The position numbers were made by a program, and so were the translations under genes. Source: a virus. Taken from it: a stretch of 64,000 bases of DNA. Below are positions 35,381 to 44,774 of this stretch, piece after piece. The notes below the pieces were generated by a model. The model searched no databases, was not told the origin of the DNA, and saw only the letters and a program-made list of their open reading frames with translations. Where the stretch lies: the IMG/VR virus record IMGVR_UViG_3300028610_001991, one strand, 5' to 3'. Position 1 is the first letter of the stretch, and each line of letters begins with the position of its first letter.

Positions 35381-35758
35381 GTGAAAAGTTATGGAAAAGA
35401 ACTGATACTGGATATTCATGGTTGTAATGCTGCGACGTTTACCCGGAAATCTATTAAAGCATATTTCCAGGAGCTGTGTATCAAAATAGATATGAAAAGG
35501 GAAAAGCTTTGCTGGTGGGACTACAAGGGACATCCGGAATTATACGAAAAAGCACCTGACCATCTTAAAGGCACTTCAGCTGTACAATTCATTAAAACAT
35601 CTAACATCACCGTGCATACCCTGGATGTCAAAAAGATGGTATTGTTGAACATATTCTCATGTAAGGATTTTGATATAGAGGAAGCTGTAGGTTTTTCAAG
35701 TGAATGGTTCAAAGGCAAGAAATGCATATACAACACTGCAAGTAGGGGAGCATTATGA
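35381..35758 (+). CDS. S-adenosylmethionine decarboxylase proenzyme-like protein (SpeD/SpeH fold)
   Basis: YG.ELILD..GC, G.SAVQFI.TSNITVHT, L.IFSCKDFD. Confidence 0.8.
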   Translation: MKSYGKELILDIHGCNAATFTRKSIKAYFQELCIKIDMKREKLCWWDYKGHPELYEKAPDHLKGTSAVQFIKTSNITVHTLDVKKMVLLNIFSCKDFDIEEAVGFSSEWFKGKKCIYNTASRGAL

Positions 35759-35801
35759 ATGTAGAAATCCTCAAACAGCAGCTGCATGAGGAGAGAAAGA
35801 A

Positions 35802-36644
35802 ATGAAATATTTCTATAGTTCTGCCTCCCAAGGATTCTTTGGTGAAGGATACGCTTGGCACAAGCCAATCCTACTGACAGAGTCAATACGAAGGTTTATC
35901 AAGAGAGAACGGACTCTGACACAGGACGGATTCTCATTCTGTACAATACCCAAGTTCCCAGACTTTCCATTCGTATGTAAAACAATCACACTGAATCCCA
36001 AAAAAGGAACACCCTGGAGATTTACTCCTCCACCTATTACTATGATAACTCGTAGTTGTTGGAACAAGATCAGATTGCATAACAAAGGGTTTGATTGGTT
36101 TATTAAGGAGTATACGTGGAGATTTGCTTCTGGAGAGAAATGTGGAGATCTGTATAAACTTATTCCTTCATTGTATGGAACAACAGATGAACTTCAAAGA
36201 ATGATAGATGGCTTGGAAGAGTATCTTGATTATATGATTAAAATGGTAGAAATAAATGTATCTTGTCCCAACGTAAAAGAAATAGCTGAAATCAAACTTC
36301 CGGAGTCGCCATATCCATTATCATTAAAGCTACGATATGATGATGATCCACGTAGGTATGATCTTTCTAATGTTAAAAGAATAACTTTGAACTCTATACC
36401 TGCTAGTCGCTACATTAAAGGTATGCCTGGCGGGATCTCGGGTAAACTGGCACAGAGTAGAAACTGGGACTTCATACGAAAGTATCAGATACAGATTGCT
36501 CCGGAGATAGCCGGATGTTCAATTACCAAGATGGAGGATATTGAAACACTAAGCAAACCCCCATATAACTGTAAATCCATAGGATTAGGTAGTGTCTTAA
36601 TGATAAACCCATGGCTTGTACTAAAGTTGAAGGAGGAAAGATAG
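35802..36644 (+). CDS. pyrD: dihydroorotate dehydrogenase-like FMN TIM-barrel
   Basis: KTIT..P..G, N..L.N.G, EINVSCPNV, LSLKL, GGISGK, IAG..I...D, IGLGS. Confidence 0.72.
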   Translation: MKYFYSSASQGFFGEGYAWHKPILLTESIRRFIKRERTLTQDGFSFCTIPKFPDFPFVCKTITLNPKKGTPWRFTPPPITMITRSCWNKIRLHNKGFDWFIKEYTWRFASGEKCGDLYKLIPSLYGTTDELQRMIDGLEEYLDYMIKMVEINVSCPNVKEIAEIKLPESPYPLSLKLRYDDDPRRYDLSNVKRITLNSIPASRYIKGMPGGISGKLAQSRNWDFIRKYQIQIAPEIAGCSITKMEDIETLSKPPYNCKSIGLGSVLMINPWLVLKLKEER

Positions 36645-37077
36645 TGACATATTCGGATAGATGTAAATGTACTGAAAAGGCTGTTAGATATCTAGCACAT
36701 AATTATTGTGCTACGAAGCGTAATGCATGCAATGGGGGATAATAACGATAGTAAAATTAATCTCGAGACATTTAAATAAATTACTGAAGATATTTATGAG
36801 ATGTTAATTTATGGATGGACAGCTAAAGAGTTAGCCGGTAGTCAGAAATAAGGACATCTATTATGAAAGAAATAACAATAATAAAACCTAAGGAGGTTAC
36901 ATTATGCAAGAGTTTACAAAGAAGTGTCCTCGCTGTGGTGAAATAACAGTAAAGAGACAAAGTGATGCCATATACATATGTCATAACCCAAAGTGTGTAT
37001 GGGCTGGATGGATATGGAAATAAGAGAAAAGTAGAAATGCAGTACTAATAAAGTATATTTGATAGGAGGAAAATAAA

Positions 37078-37515
37078 ATGACTAATATATATTATAGATT
37101 CATTAATTGGAAGAATAGTTTATTTAAAGAAAAAATAACATGCTTACGAAGAATGCATGATCCCGATCATCGGGAGCATAAAAAAGAATTAGATTATTGG
37201 TATACACGAGGTATAAATAAAACTTGTAGTTTTTGTGGCTCCATGCACCCAGATGAGTTTTTTGACTTATGTAAAAAAGTAATTGAAAATAAAGGGCTTA
37301 ATGGGTATGAAGTTTCAATGTCTGATAAGAAATATAAAATTTATGTCCGCCAACCGGGTGTTTCTAATGCAGGAGATGGAGTTATCAAATTTTACGTTCA
37401 GCACATAAGACCAAAAGATAAAACAAAAGAATTTGAGAATATAGTAAATGAAGCAATACGTATATCTTCAGATGTGTTTAATAAAAAAATGGAAGAAAGG
37501 AGGAAAACTAAATGA
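37078..37515 (+). CDS. conserved phage protein
   Basis: TCSFCGSMHPDEF, KFY..H motif. Confidence 0.75.
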   Translation: MTNIYYRFINWKNSLFKEKITCLRRMHDPDHREHKKELDYWYTRGINKTCSFCGSMHPDEFFDLCKKVIENKGLNGYEVSMSDKKYKIYVRQPGVSNAGDGVIKFYVQHIRPKDKTKEFENIVNEAIRISSDVFNKKMEERRKTK

Positions 37516-38561
37516 TATGTGTACTAATCATACCGACAGGGGTAGGTCTTGCAATAGGTGGAAATGCCGGTGACGCTAATCCAGTTGCTAAACTAATTGG
37601 GGCTTGTTGTGATAAGTTGATTCTTCACCCTAATGTAGTAAATGCCAGCGATATAAACGAAATGCCAGAAAATGCAGTGTATGTAGAGGGATCCATGCTT
37701 GATCGGTTTCTTAGGCAAGAAATTGAATTGAAAGAAGTCCTACGGAATAAGGTATTAGTCGTTGCTAACCTGCCTCTCAGGAGCGATACTATAAATGCTG
37801 TAAGTGCAGCCAGAGCTACTATAGGTCTGGAAGCTAGTGTCTTGGAGTTAAATACACCATTAGAAATGATTGCCGAGATGCATGAAGACGGACATGCTGG
37901 CGGCATAGTAAGAGGCTGGAAAGAATTAATTGAACAAGTTGCACCGTTTGATTTTGATGCCTTGGCGGTACACACTCCGATAACTGTACCAAGAGAGACT
38001 GGATTAAATTATTATAAAAAAGGAGGCGTAAACCCGTGGGGCGGAGTTGAGGCAATAGCAAGCAAACTTATAGCTAATGAACTAAACAAACCGGTTGCTC
38101 ATGCTCCTGTAGAAAGTTTTAATATAGATGACCAACAAGAAGTATATGATCTAGTAGTGGATCCTAGAATAGCTTCAGAGTCACTATCCAGTTGTTATTT
38201 ACATTGTGTACTTAAAGGGCTGCATAAGGCACCACGTATCAGTGATCATTGTCCGGGATATGGTAGACGTATAGCTGCTCAAGAAGTCGATTTTATGGTA
38301 TCACCTTTTGGTCTGTGGGGTCCTCCTCACGAAGCTTGTGCAGCATTAGATATACCTATTATATTTGTCAATGAAAATAAACCGGCTAAAGGACTCGCAA
38401 AAGAGATCCCGGAAGGCAAATATCCTAGAATATTTCAAGTTGAAAATTATATAGAGGCAGCCGGTCTAATTATGGCTCATGAAGCTGGAATTGATCCTTT
38501 ATCTGTCAGAAGACCATTAGCAAATACAATAATAATAAAGGAGGTACAGAATGAAAAGTAA
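37512..38561 (+). CDS. DUF3326-family protein
   Basis: LIIPTGVG..IGG.AGDA.P, LILHPNVVNA, YVEGS.LD.F, GVNPWGGVEA, AHAP. Confidence 0.8.
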   Translation: MICVLIIPTGVGLAIGGNAGDANPVAKLIGACCDKLILHPNVVNASDINEMPENAVYVEGSMLDRFLRQEIELKEVLRNKVLVVANLPLRSDTINAVSAARATIGLEASVLELNTPLEMIAEMHEDGHAGGIVRGWKELIEQVAPFDFDALAVHTPITVPRETGLNYYKKGGVNPWGGVEAIASKLIANELNKPVAHAPVESFNIDDQQEVYDLVVDPRIASESLSSCYLHCVLKGLHKAPRISDHCPGYGRRIAAQEVDFMVSPFGLWGPPHEACAALDIPIIFVNENKPAKGLAKEIPEGKYPRIFQVENYIEAAGLIMAHEAGIDPLSVRRPLANTIIIKEVQNEK

Positions 38562-39120
38562 AACAGTAAGTATAGTTAATCTATACTGTTTTTTAATCTT
38601 AGTGGTTGTTATTGCCGGTATTTGTTTTTTAATCTTAAACTGTAAAAAAGATAAGTCTGAAATAGAACTACTTTTAACAGATACTGAGACAAAAACAACT
38701 AAAAAGGCAACAAAAGAAAAACTAAAATGGCCTAAACATTATGACGGTGAAAATTGGTGGGAAGTTGAATACAAAGAACATATCAATGTACATCATCCCT
38801 TAGGTTATGTAATTATCACTAAAATCAAAAAAGAAAACATTTCTAAGGATGAAATAGAAACATGGACTATAGACTATGGTATTCAAAACTATGTAGAAGA
38901 AATACATTACAGTTTAAAGGCCACACACAATAATGGCGGATATGAAGAAGAAGATAATGTATTTTTACCGGATAATGAAAATTTTCGTAATGCCTTTAGG
39001 ACTGCGGAAGCTATACTCATAGCGTGGAAGTATAGTGGTAATAATCCCCTTAATACAGAAGATATAAAAAAAGCCGCAGTTAGGATGAAAGGAAGAAAGA
39101 CAGGATTAATGCGTAAGTAG
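38551..39120 (+). CDS. membrane-anchored hypothetical protein
   Basis: N-terminal TM. Confidence 0.75.
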   Translation: MKSKTVSIVNLYCFLILVVVIAGICFLILNCKKDKSEIELLLTDTETKTTKKATKEKLKWPKHYDGENWWEVEYKEHINVHHPLGYVIITKIKKENISKDEIETWTIDYGIQNYVEEIHYSLKATHNNGGYEEEDNVFLPDNENFRNAFRTAEAILIAWKYSGNNPLNTEDIKKAAVRMKGRKTGLMRK

Positions 39121-39385
39121 TTTGATTAAACTAAACCTTTCATATTATAAGAGAGATTTGGACAAATGGGTTTAATTCTTATAGTTGGACTTGTATTAAA
39201 TTTACTAATAATAGGCACATTAATTAAATTAGCTCTAAAGCTAAGTAATAATAAAAAAGAAAGGCGATTTTAAAAATGTATCTTTTGTTAATTATTACTA
39301 TATTAGCTGTTTTTCTTTGTGTATCTATTTATAAAGACTATAGGAGAAGTAACCCTAAGACTACTGTTAAATTTAAAAGGAAAAA

Positions 39386-39775
39386 ATGAACTTACAACAA
39401 GCTTTAATTATATTTAAATTAAATCTAGAGCTATACTTTAAAGGTACAAAGTCTCCGAGCGAAGTAAATCTAAAATTAAAAAAGTTTAAAGAAGACGTTA
39501 AACAAACTTATAAACATCTGGCTCTTGCTGTGCATCCGGATATACATCCACAACTAGGGTCTGAAAGATTCAGAAAATTAACAGAAGCAAAAAAAGTGTT
39601 ACTAGAATTACATATTACAGAAAGAGTAAATGAACCAACAATAACTGTCAGTAATATTTTTAATAATAGTTTTACACGTACAGAAGGCGCACATAGTGAA
39701 AGACATGCTAGTTGGTATACCGACTACTCTGATATTATTGATAGTTTTAAATGGTACGGCACTACATATAAATAA
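39386..39775 (+). CDS. J-domain (DnaJ-like) protein
   Basis: YKHLALAVHPD...F.KL.EA..VL. Confidence 0.8.
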   Translation: MNLQQALIIFKLNLELYFKGTKSPSEVNLKLKKFKEDVKQTYKHLALAVHPDIHPQLGSERFRKLTEAKKVLLELHITERVNEPTITVSNIFNNSFTRTEGAHSERHASWYTDYSDIIDSFKWYGTTYK

Positions 39776-39786
39776 ATTGCATAGTG

Positions 39787-39815
39787 TTGCGTTATAGTGC
39801 TTTATAGGGTATAAT
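39787..39815 (+). promoter_or_regulatory. sigma70-type promoter
   Basis: TTGCGT-17-TATAAT. Confidence 0.7.
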
Positions 39816-39821
39816 ATATAG

Positions 39822-39945
39822 TATAGGAACCTACAGTCGTAGGTTTCTTCGCTTGTTTCCAGTCAGAGAATCTTTCCTCCCTGACAATGGTAAACTCAAG
39901 TATCCCACATAAGGCCGATTGTCCCCATCGGCCTTTCCTTTTTTA
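39822..39945 (+). ncRNA. candidate ~120-nt small regulatory RNA
   Basis: Between promoter and terminator; three hairpins; no RBS-ORF; loop carries TTTCCTCC. Confidence 0.6.
39911..39945 (+). terminator. intrinsic terminator
   Basis: AAGGCCGAT-loop-ATCGGCCTT then TCCTTTTTT. Confidence 0.8.
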
Positions 39946-40236
39946 ATAAATATTGTTTCTGTAATGTAAGTCTGTAGCCTGAGTAACAAAACTATAAATG
40001 TTTTTTAAAAGGTTAGCATCGTAGTAAGCATCTGGCTCTGGATGAAAACAAAACTGTCTAGAATCAGGGTGTCCACACCATCTCACTACACCAATTAAAT
40101 TCCTTTTAAGGGCTGTCAAGTAGCAACCCCATATAGGTGTTTCTCTATCTGCAGGACTTGAATGCTGCACAAACCTGATAATTTCATAATCAGTTTTCAA
40201 GCCTTCTGGTGGTAACTTTAATTCTTTCAACATCAT
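39943..40236 (-). CDS. hypothetical protein
   Basis: TAATG-coupled to nuclease gene. Confidence 0.7.
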   Translation of the reverse strand: MMLKELKLPPEGLKTDYEIIRFVQHSSPADRETPIWGCYLTALKRNLIGVVRWCGHPDSRQFCFHPEPDAYYDANLLKNIYSFVTQATDLHYRNNIY

Positions 40237-41003
40237 TAGCGTACCTCTCTTTTTTTAATATCTTCTTTTAATAGTAATTCAACCTCTTTATCCATATTTT
40301 TAACTGGCATAATTATATAAGGTGAATTTTTTGGAAAATGAATTAAGCACCCATCATGTAATTGTATATTGAAGTTAGATTTCAGTATGTTTTTATAAAA
40401 CCCTAACTGAAGAGAATATTTATTAAACTCACAGTTATCAAAACCAGACAGTACCCCTAACATACTATCAAAACGGTTATCTCGTTTGATATTTTTATTT
40501 GTTTTCCAATCGACAATAAAATAAATGCCTGTTTCTTTATTTCTACATAAACAATCTATTGTTCCAGCAACGTTATACTCTTTATGAGCTACCATAAGTT
40601 CAGTCTCTAGGATATCAACCTTATTTTTAAATGGATCCAGGAATTTATGAAATTGACTTATTCTATACCTAATATCTGTTACAGGTAGTGTAATCTTACT
40701 ATATTTCAAAAATAGATTAATATAGTAGTGTAACTCTTTACCTATTACAATTGAATAATCTTTTTTTATAAGCCAGTTTTCTTTTATTTCGTCTGTGCTT
40801 ATTCCTTCTTCATCAGCTTTTATCTTAGCCCAGTAATCAGTTTTAAATTCAGGGGTATATTTATTTAGTATATCACTAACAGCCTCGTATTGGTTTTCTC
40901 GTACATAGTAAGTATGCGTATCTGGAAGAAAATTAATATGTGGGTTTTTAAAATTCAATGTTTCCTTTTCCTTAGTATCATTGTATAATACAGGCACTTC
41001 CAT
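40236..41003 (-). CDS. PD-(D/E)XK nuclease (exonuclease-like)
   Basis: G.ELH..I, E..V, VAGTID, IVDWKT, YSLQL..Y. Confidence 0.88.
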   Translation of the reverse strand: MEVPVLYNDTKEKETLNFKNPHINFLPDTHTYYVRENQYEAVSDILNKYTPEFKTDYWAKIKADEEGISTDEIKENWLIKKDYSIVIGKELHYYINLFLKYSKITLPVTDIRYRISQFHKFLDPFKNKVDILETELMVAHKEYNVAGTIDCLCRNKETGIYFIVDWKTNKNIKRDNRFDSMLGVLSGFDNCEFNKYSLQLGFYKNILKSNFNIQLHDGCLIHFPKNSPYIIMPVKNMDKEVELLLKEDIKKREVR

Positions 41004-41130
41004 ACTAGCCTACCACCACACAGCTCCTAGAGTCTAGCCCTTGCACCATACATGTCTCCGACTGCCGATAATGTCCGTATGCAAATGCCGTTTGACCTTT
41101 TGAAGCACAGGGAGGCCCGTATCGGCCTTT

Positions 41131-41382
41131 TTATTTTAACAACTTCCTTTTGTTTTGTTGTTTAACTTTTTTAATACTTTTGTATACTGCACCATGCATT
41201 TTTTCACTATCCCATGCGACTTTATCTCCTAACTTAATCACATGTCCCATACAGGCATACATAGCTTTAAATAATGTTTCAAGTTCTTCTTTATGGTACC
41301 TAGCTATGCCAGAATTAACCATAATCTCTAACTGAGCCTGAGCTAGGTGTATAGCTTTAGGGTTATATATTCCATTAAGCAT
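41131..41382 (-). CDS. hypothetical protein
   Basis: Coupled ORF. Confidence 0.65.
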   Translation of the reverse strand: MLNGIYNPKAIHLAQAQLEIMVNSGIARYHKEELETLFKAMYACMGHVIKLGDKVAWDSEKMHGAVYKSIKKVKQQNKRKLLK

Positions 41383-41737
41383 GCGGAATGCCTTTGAATT
41401 TTCCCCAAATATTTTCCATCATTGCTTTAGCATGTACTATATATAACTTATCTTCAACTGAAAACATTAATGGGTTTTTAAGTAACTGACTATGTTCTTT
41501 ACTATAATGATTTTTCCAAAATTCCAAAATCTCGTTAACTTTTGACACTTTGTACTTTATGCTTTCCTTTACTATTATATGCCCTTTAAAAGTATCTAGT
41601 ATACCCCTTAGAACTCCTCCCCTTCCTTCTGCTTCAGCATATTTTGTATTATCTACTAAAGCATACTTATCAATGTCTTTTTTAACTTTATTATGTTGGG
41701 AGTAAAGATACTCTAAAAAAGCAGCCCATGTTTTCAT
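41375..41737 (-). CDS. hypothetical protein
   Basis: AAGG RBS. Confidence 0.7.
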   Translation of the reverse strand: MKTWAAFLEYLYSQHNKVKKDIDKYALVDNTKYAEAEGRGGVLRGILDTFKGHIIVKESIKYKVSKVNEILEFWKNHYSKEHSQLLKNPLMFSVEDKLYIVHAKAMMENIWGKFKGIPHA

Positions 41738-41773
41738 TTTAACGGTTTTCTTCCTTTTTCTTTTCGTCTGATA

Positions 41774-42109
41774 TCACGAACTGTGTCCCTTTTTTTTTCT
41801 CTCAGGAGATTTTCTATTAAGATTTAATTTTAACTTCTTACGTCTTTTTTTGTTTGCTACACTATGTGCCAGTTTTTGAACACTTATACTCCTCCCTTTT
41901 TTAGTAAACTTAGCTACCTTTCTTTTTTTTCTTCTAATGTTACCTTTCCGTTTTACTAGTTGTTCTGCTATACTTAGTGTTTCATTTTTAGAAATTGTGC
42001 CCTTTTTCTCAACTAGCTTTTCTGTAGCGGACTTTTGCTGATCTTCTTTTTTCTCAACTAACTTTTCTACTGTAGACTTTTGTTTGTCTTCTTTTTTCTT
42101 AAAAAACAT
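41774..42109 (-). CDS. very basic Lys-rich protein with internal repeats
   Basis: QKS(TV/AT)EKLVEKK x2; K/R-rich tail. Confidence 0.7.
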   Translation of the reverse strand: MFFKKKEDKQKSTVEKLVEKKEDQQKSATEKLVEKKGTISKNETLSIAEQLVKRKGNIRRKKRKVAKFTKKGRSISVQKLAHSVANKKRRKKLKLNLNRKSPERKKKGHSS

Positions 42110-42116
42110 GTTTACC

Positions 42117-43469
42117 TCATTTTATATTTATTATAGGGGATTTAGGTTTATCGTTAAATGTTTGAAGTTTAGGTTTATTGTTAATAGGTTTTTTAGGTAT
42201 ATGTTTACTTTTATTACGGATATATACTATAACCTTTATAATAGCAAAGGTGGGTGCGAATGATGCAAGTAAAAGGATAGTTACTACCATTATTAAATAT
42301 ATGGTGATAGCTATTTTACGTTTTTTTTCTTCTTTCTCTTTTCGTAAATCCTGTGCAAGTCCTTTAAAAAGCGCTTTAGTCATTGGCCATAAATCATTAT
42401 AATCCCTGAATTTACCTTTTGTAGCTAAACCATAAATTCGACGATATTTTTCATCGGTATCTATAGCTTTCTTGGCTATATGTTTTAACTGTTTATCAAA
42501 CTTAGTTTCAAACTCTAATTTCATTTTTTCAATCTTATCAACATCATCCCTTAGTTGTTTTACATATTTCCAGGATTGAATGAAATTCCATTCCTGCTTA
42601 CTACATGCCCTTCGGTATTTTTCCAGATATGTTTTATCAATATTAACTTTAACACTAAACGTATTCCATTGTGATATATGAGCATTCCAGATATAGTAAT
42701 ACATAAATGGATTTCTTATATCTTCTTTAATAGTACCTACATTAAATTTAAAATACCTTGGAAGTTTAACCCCCTTTTTATAATATGGATCTATACGTCT
42801 TATACCCCAGTGACTAGCAGTAATGTATATAGGTATATCATTTCTGTACTGACGTTTAAGGCCCCACTGCAGCACACCTTCAACACGGGTAGCGTTTATA
42901 GGGTCTTCTAAATCTTTCGGACCTCGGTATACGATACCTAGCCGTTTTTGATAAGAGCGTGGAAGCCAGTCAAAGTATATTTTTGCTTGACCCACAGCAT
43001 CCTGGTGATGTTGGTACATACCAAAAGCAGATCCATTATCCCCTACACATTCCGGACCAAAGGATGTTTCTATACGCGCCTTTGCCATTAAGCTAAAGGT
43101 AGGTAAATCTAGTAAACGTGTAACTTCATATACTTCTTGTATGAAATCAGGTTTTTGGTATTTAGTTAATCCTTGATCGTTCGGTTCATTTTTCCTATGA
43201 TATTTTAAACCGTAACGGGCAATTATCTCTGAATAAAAAGTAGTGACTTTTATATACCGGTCATTTTCAGTAAGGATTTTTTCATCACGTTGGCGGTCTT
43301 TTATCCTGGTAAATGTATCTATTAGGACGCTTTGCTGTTTACGTCCGTCCTGCCAGATAATTATAGACCAGATTAATATTGAAACAGCAATAAAGAACCA
43401 CGGAGAGTGGTATGTTTTTCTTATAAACTTCTTTAAAAGAAATTTAAGATACGTTTTTAATTCAGTCAT
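42117..43469 (-). CDS. lytic-transglycosylase/lysozyme-like protein with N- and C-terminal TM segments
   Basis: MAKARIETSF....GD.G.AFGMYQ.H, L.DPINA.R motifs; two hydrophobic helices. Confidence 0.6.
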   Translation of the reverse strand: MTELKTYLKFLLKKFIRKTYHSPWFFIAVSILIWSIIIWQDGRKQQSVLIDTFTRIKDRQRDEKILTENDRYIKVTTFYSEIIARYGLKYHRKNEPNDQGLTKYQKPDFIQEVYEVTRLLDLPTFSLMAKARIETSFGPECVGDNGSAFGMYQHHQDAVGQAKIYFDWLPRSYQKRLGIVYRGPKDLEDPINATRVEGVLQWGLKRQYRNDIPIYITASHWGIRRIDPYYKKGVKLPRYFKFNVGTIKEDIRNPFMYYYIWNAHISQWNTFSVKVNIDKTYLEKYRRACSKQEWNFIQSWKYVKQLRDDVDKIEKMKLEFETKFDKQLKHIAKKAIDTDEKYRRIYGLATKGKFRDYNDLWPMTKALFKGLAQDLRKEKEEKKRKIAITIYLIMVVTILLLASFAPTFAIIKVIVYIRNKSKHIPKKPINNKPKLQTFNDKPKSPIINIK

Positions 43470-43485
43470 TTATACCTTGTTTTTC

Positions 43486-44412
43486 CTATTGTTTAAGAAT
43501 ATTATACTTCCCTTTATACTTTACTAAGAAAGGAGAAAACATACCATATATCTCATGTATATCTTTTTTCATATCTTTAAGAGACTCTTCGTTTGGATTG
43601 ATATCTAAAAGAGGCTCAAGATACGATGTATACAGTTTTCTCGCTTCTCTATTAGCTTCCCTAGCAGCTAAACGCCCATCAAGCTCTTTTACTTTTTTCT
43701 CAATATCATTTGACTTTTTTATAACCTGATCTGACTCACCCCATTTATTTACCTGATCCACTTCTTTCTGACTGAGTACTACTACAGAGTTTTTACCAGC
43801 AGCTTCTCTAACTTTATCACGTAAAGATTTATCAGCTACATTTCCATTCTGCTCTTTATAGAACCAATCTTGAATCTCTTTTTGTCTTTCTACAGATAAT
43901 GTTTCAAATATATTAGCCATTGTAACAAAGTCTTTATTTTTATTTATTGCTCGCGCTATGTAATCCCGGGGAGATAATTCTGCTTCTGCCTTATTATCGT
44001 CCTTTTTACCTTTTCCTGTTTTCCAGGCACGCCTTTCTTGAAGATAAGGTATAATTTTCATTTTTAAGAAGGAGTCTACTTCTCGTCTTTCAGTATTATC
44101 AGCTAACATCCACTCAAGTTCATCATCTTCAGGAATATCAATCACACTACACAGAGTTTCTTCAAATCCTAATTCTTTTAACACCTTATACCTACGATGC
44201 CCTGATATAATATGTTTTGTTTTCCAGTTAATAACAACTGGATTTTGAACCCCACGTACACGAATGTCTTCCTTAAGTTCATCTAATTCACTTTCTTCGT
44301 GAGCTGTACGCGGCTTAGTTGGAAAAAACTCTTCATTTTTTGGATGTATTACTATCTGGTCTAAGCTTATCTTAACAAACTTCATTTCCGAACCTAGTCC
44401 TAATTCCCGCAT
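43486..44412 (-). CDS. ParB/Srx-like N-terminal domain protein
   Basis: L..I..HPKN, L.ED I...G..NPV.I, IISGHRR...L.ELG. Confidence 0.85.
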   Translation of the reverse strand: MRELGLGSEMKFVKISLDQIVIHPKNEEFFPTKPRTAHEESELDELKEDIRVRGVQNPVVINWKTKHIISGHRRYKVLKELGFEETLCSVIDIPEDDELEWMLADNTERREVDSFLKMKIIPYLQERRAWKTGKGKKDDNKAEAELSPRDYIARAINKNKDFVTMANIFETLSVERQKEIQDWFYKEQNGNVADKSLRDKVREAAGKNSVVVLSQKEVDQVNKWGESDQVIKKSNDIEKKVKELDGRLAAREANREARKLYTSYLEPLLDINPNEESLKDMKKDIHEIYGMFSPFLVKYKGKYNILKQ

Positions 44413-44487
44413 AGATACCTCCTTTATTTATGTAACTAGTATGCGAATATGTATAGGTTTAGCATGCACTCTATACATAAGTGAAAA

Positions 44488-44733
44488 CTACTTTCTGTTA
44501 TCATCATCATCATCTTCTCTATAAAAATCTCCTTCATCATCATCATCATCATCTTCCTCATCTTCGTTGTAGAAATCTTCAAATTCATCCTCATCGTAAA
44601 AATTCTCTAACTCATCCTCTTCGTTTTCATCATATAAATAATCCTCTTCTTCTATGTTATTTATATCTTCCAGAGAAAGCTCTGTATCCTCCAGTATATC
44701 TTCAAAACCGTCAAAAGGTTTTTCTTCGTTCAT
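44488..44733 (-). CDS. extremely acidic protein
   Basis: About half of 81 residues are D/E; AAGGA RBS. Confidence 0.7.
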   Translation of the reverse strand: MNEEKPFDGFEDILEDTELSLEDINNIEEEDYLYDENEEDELENFYDEDEFEDFYNEDEEDDDDDDEGDFYREDDDDDNRK

Positions 44734-44774
44734 ATTTTATCCTTAACAGTAGTATAACAAATATTAGATAAAAA

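Noticed and set aside
41100-41125. c-di-GMP-I riboswitch (GCACAGGG)
   Set aside because: Only 8 nt resemble the motif, on the wrong strand for the downstream gene, and the GAAA/receptor elements are missing.
44481-44771. His-rich plus-strand ORF and CAT microsatellite
   Set aside because: Antisense shadow of the Asp-rich (GAT)n codons of the acidic protein.
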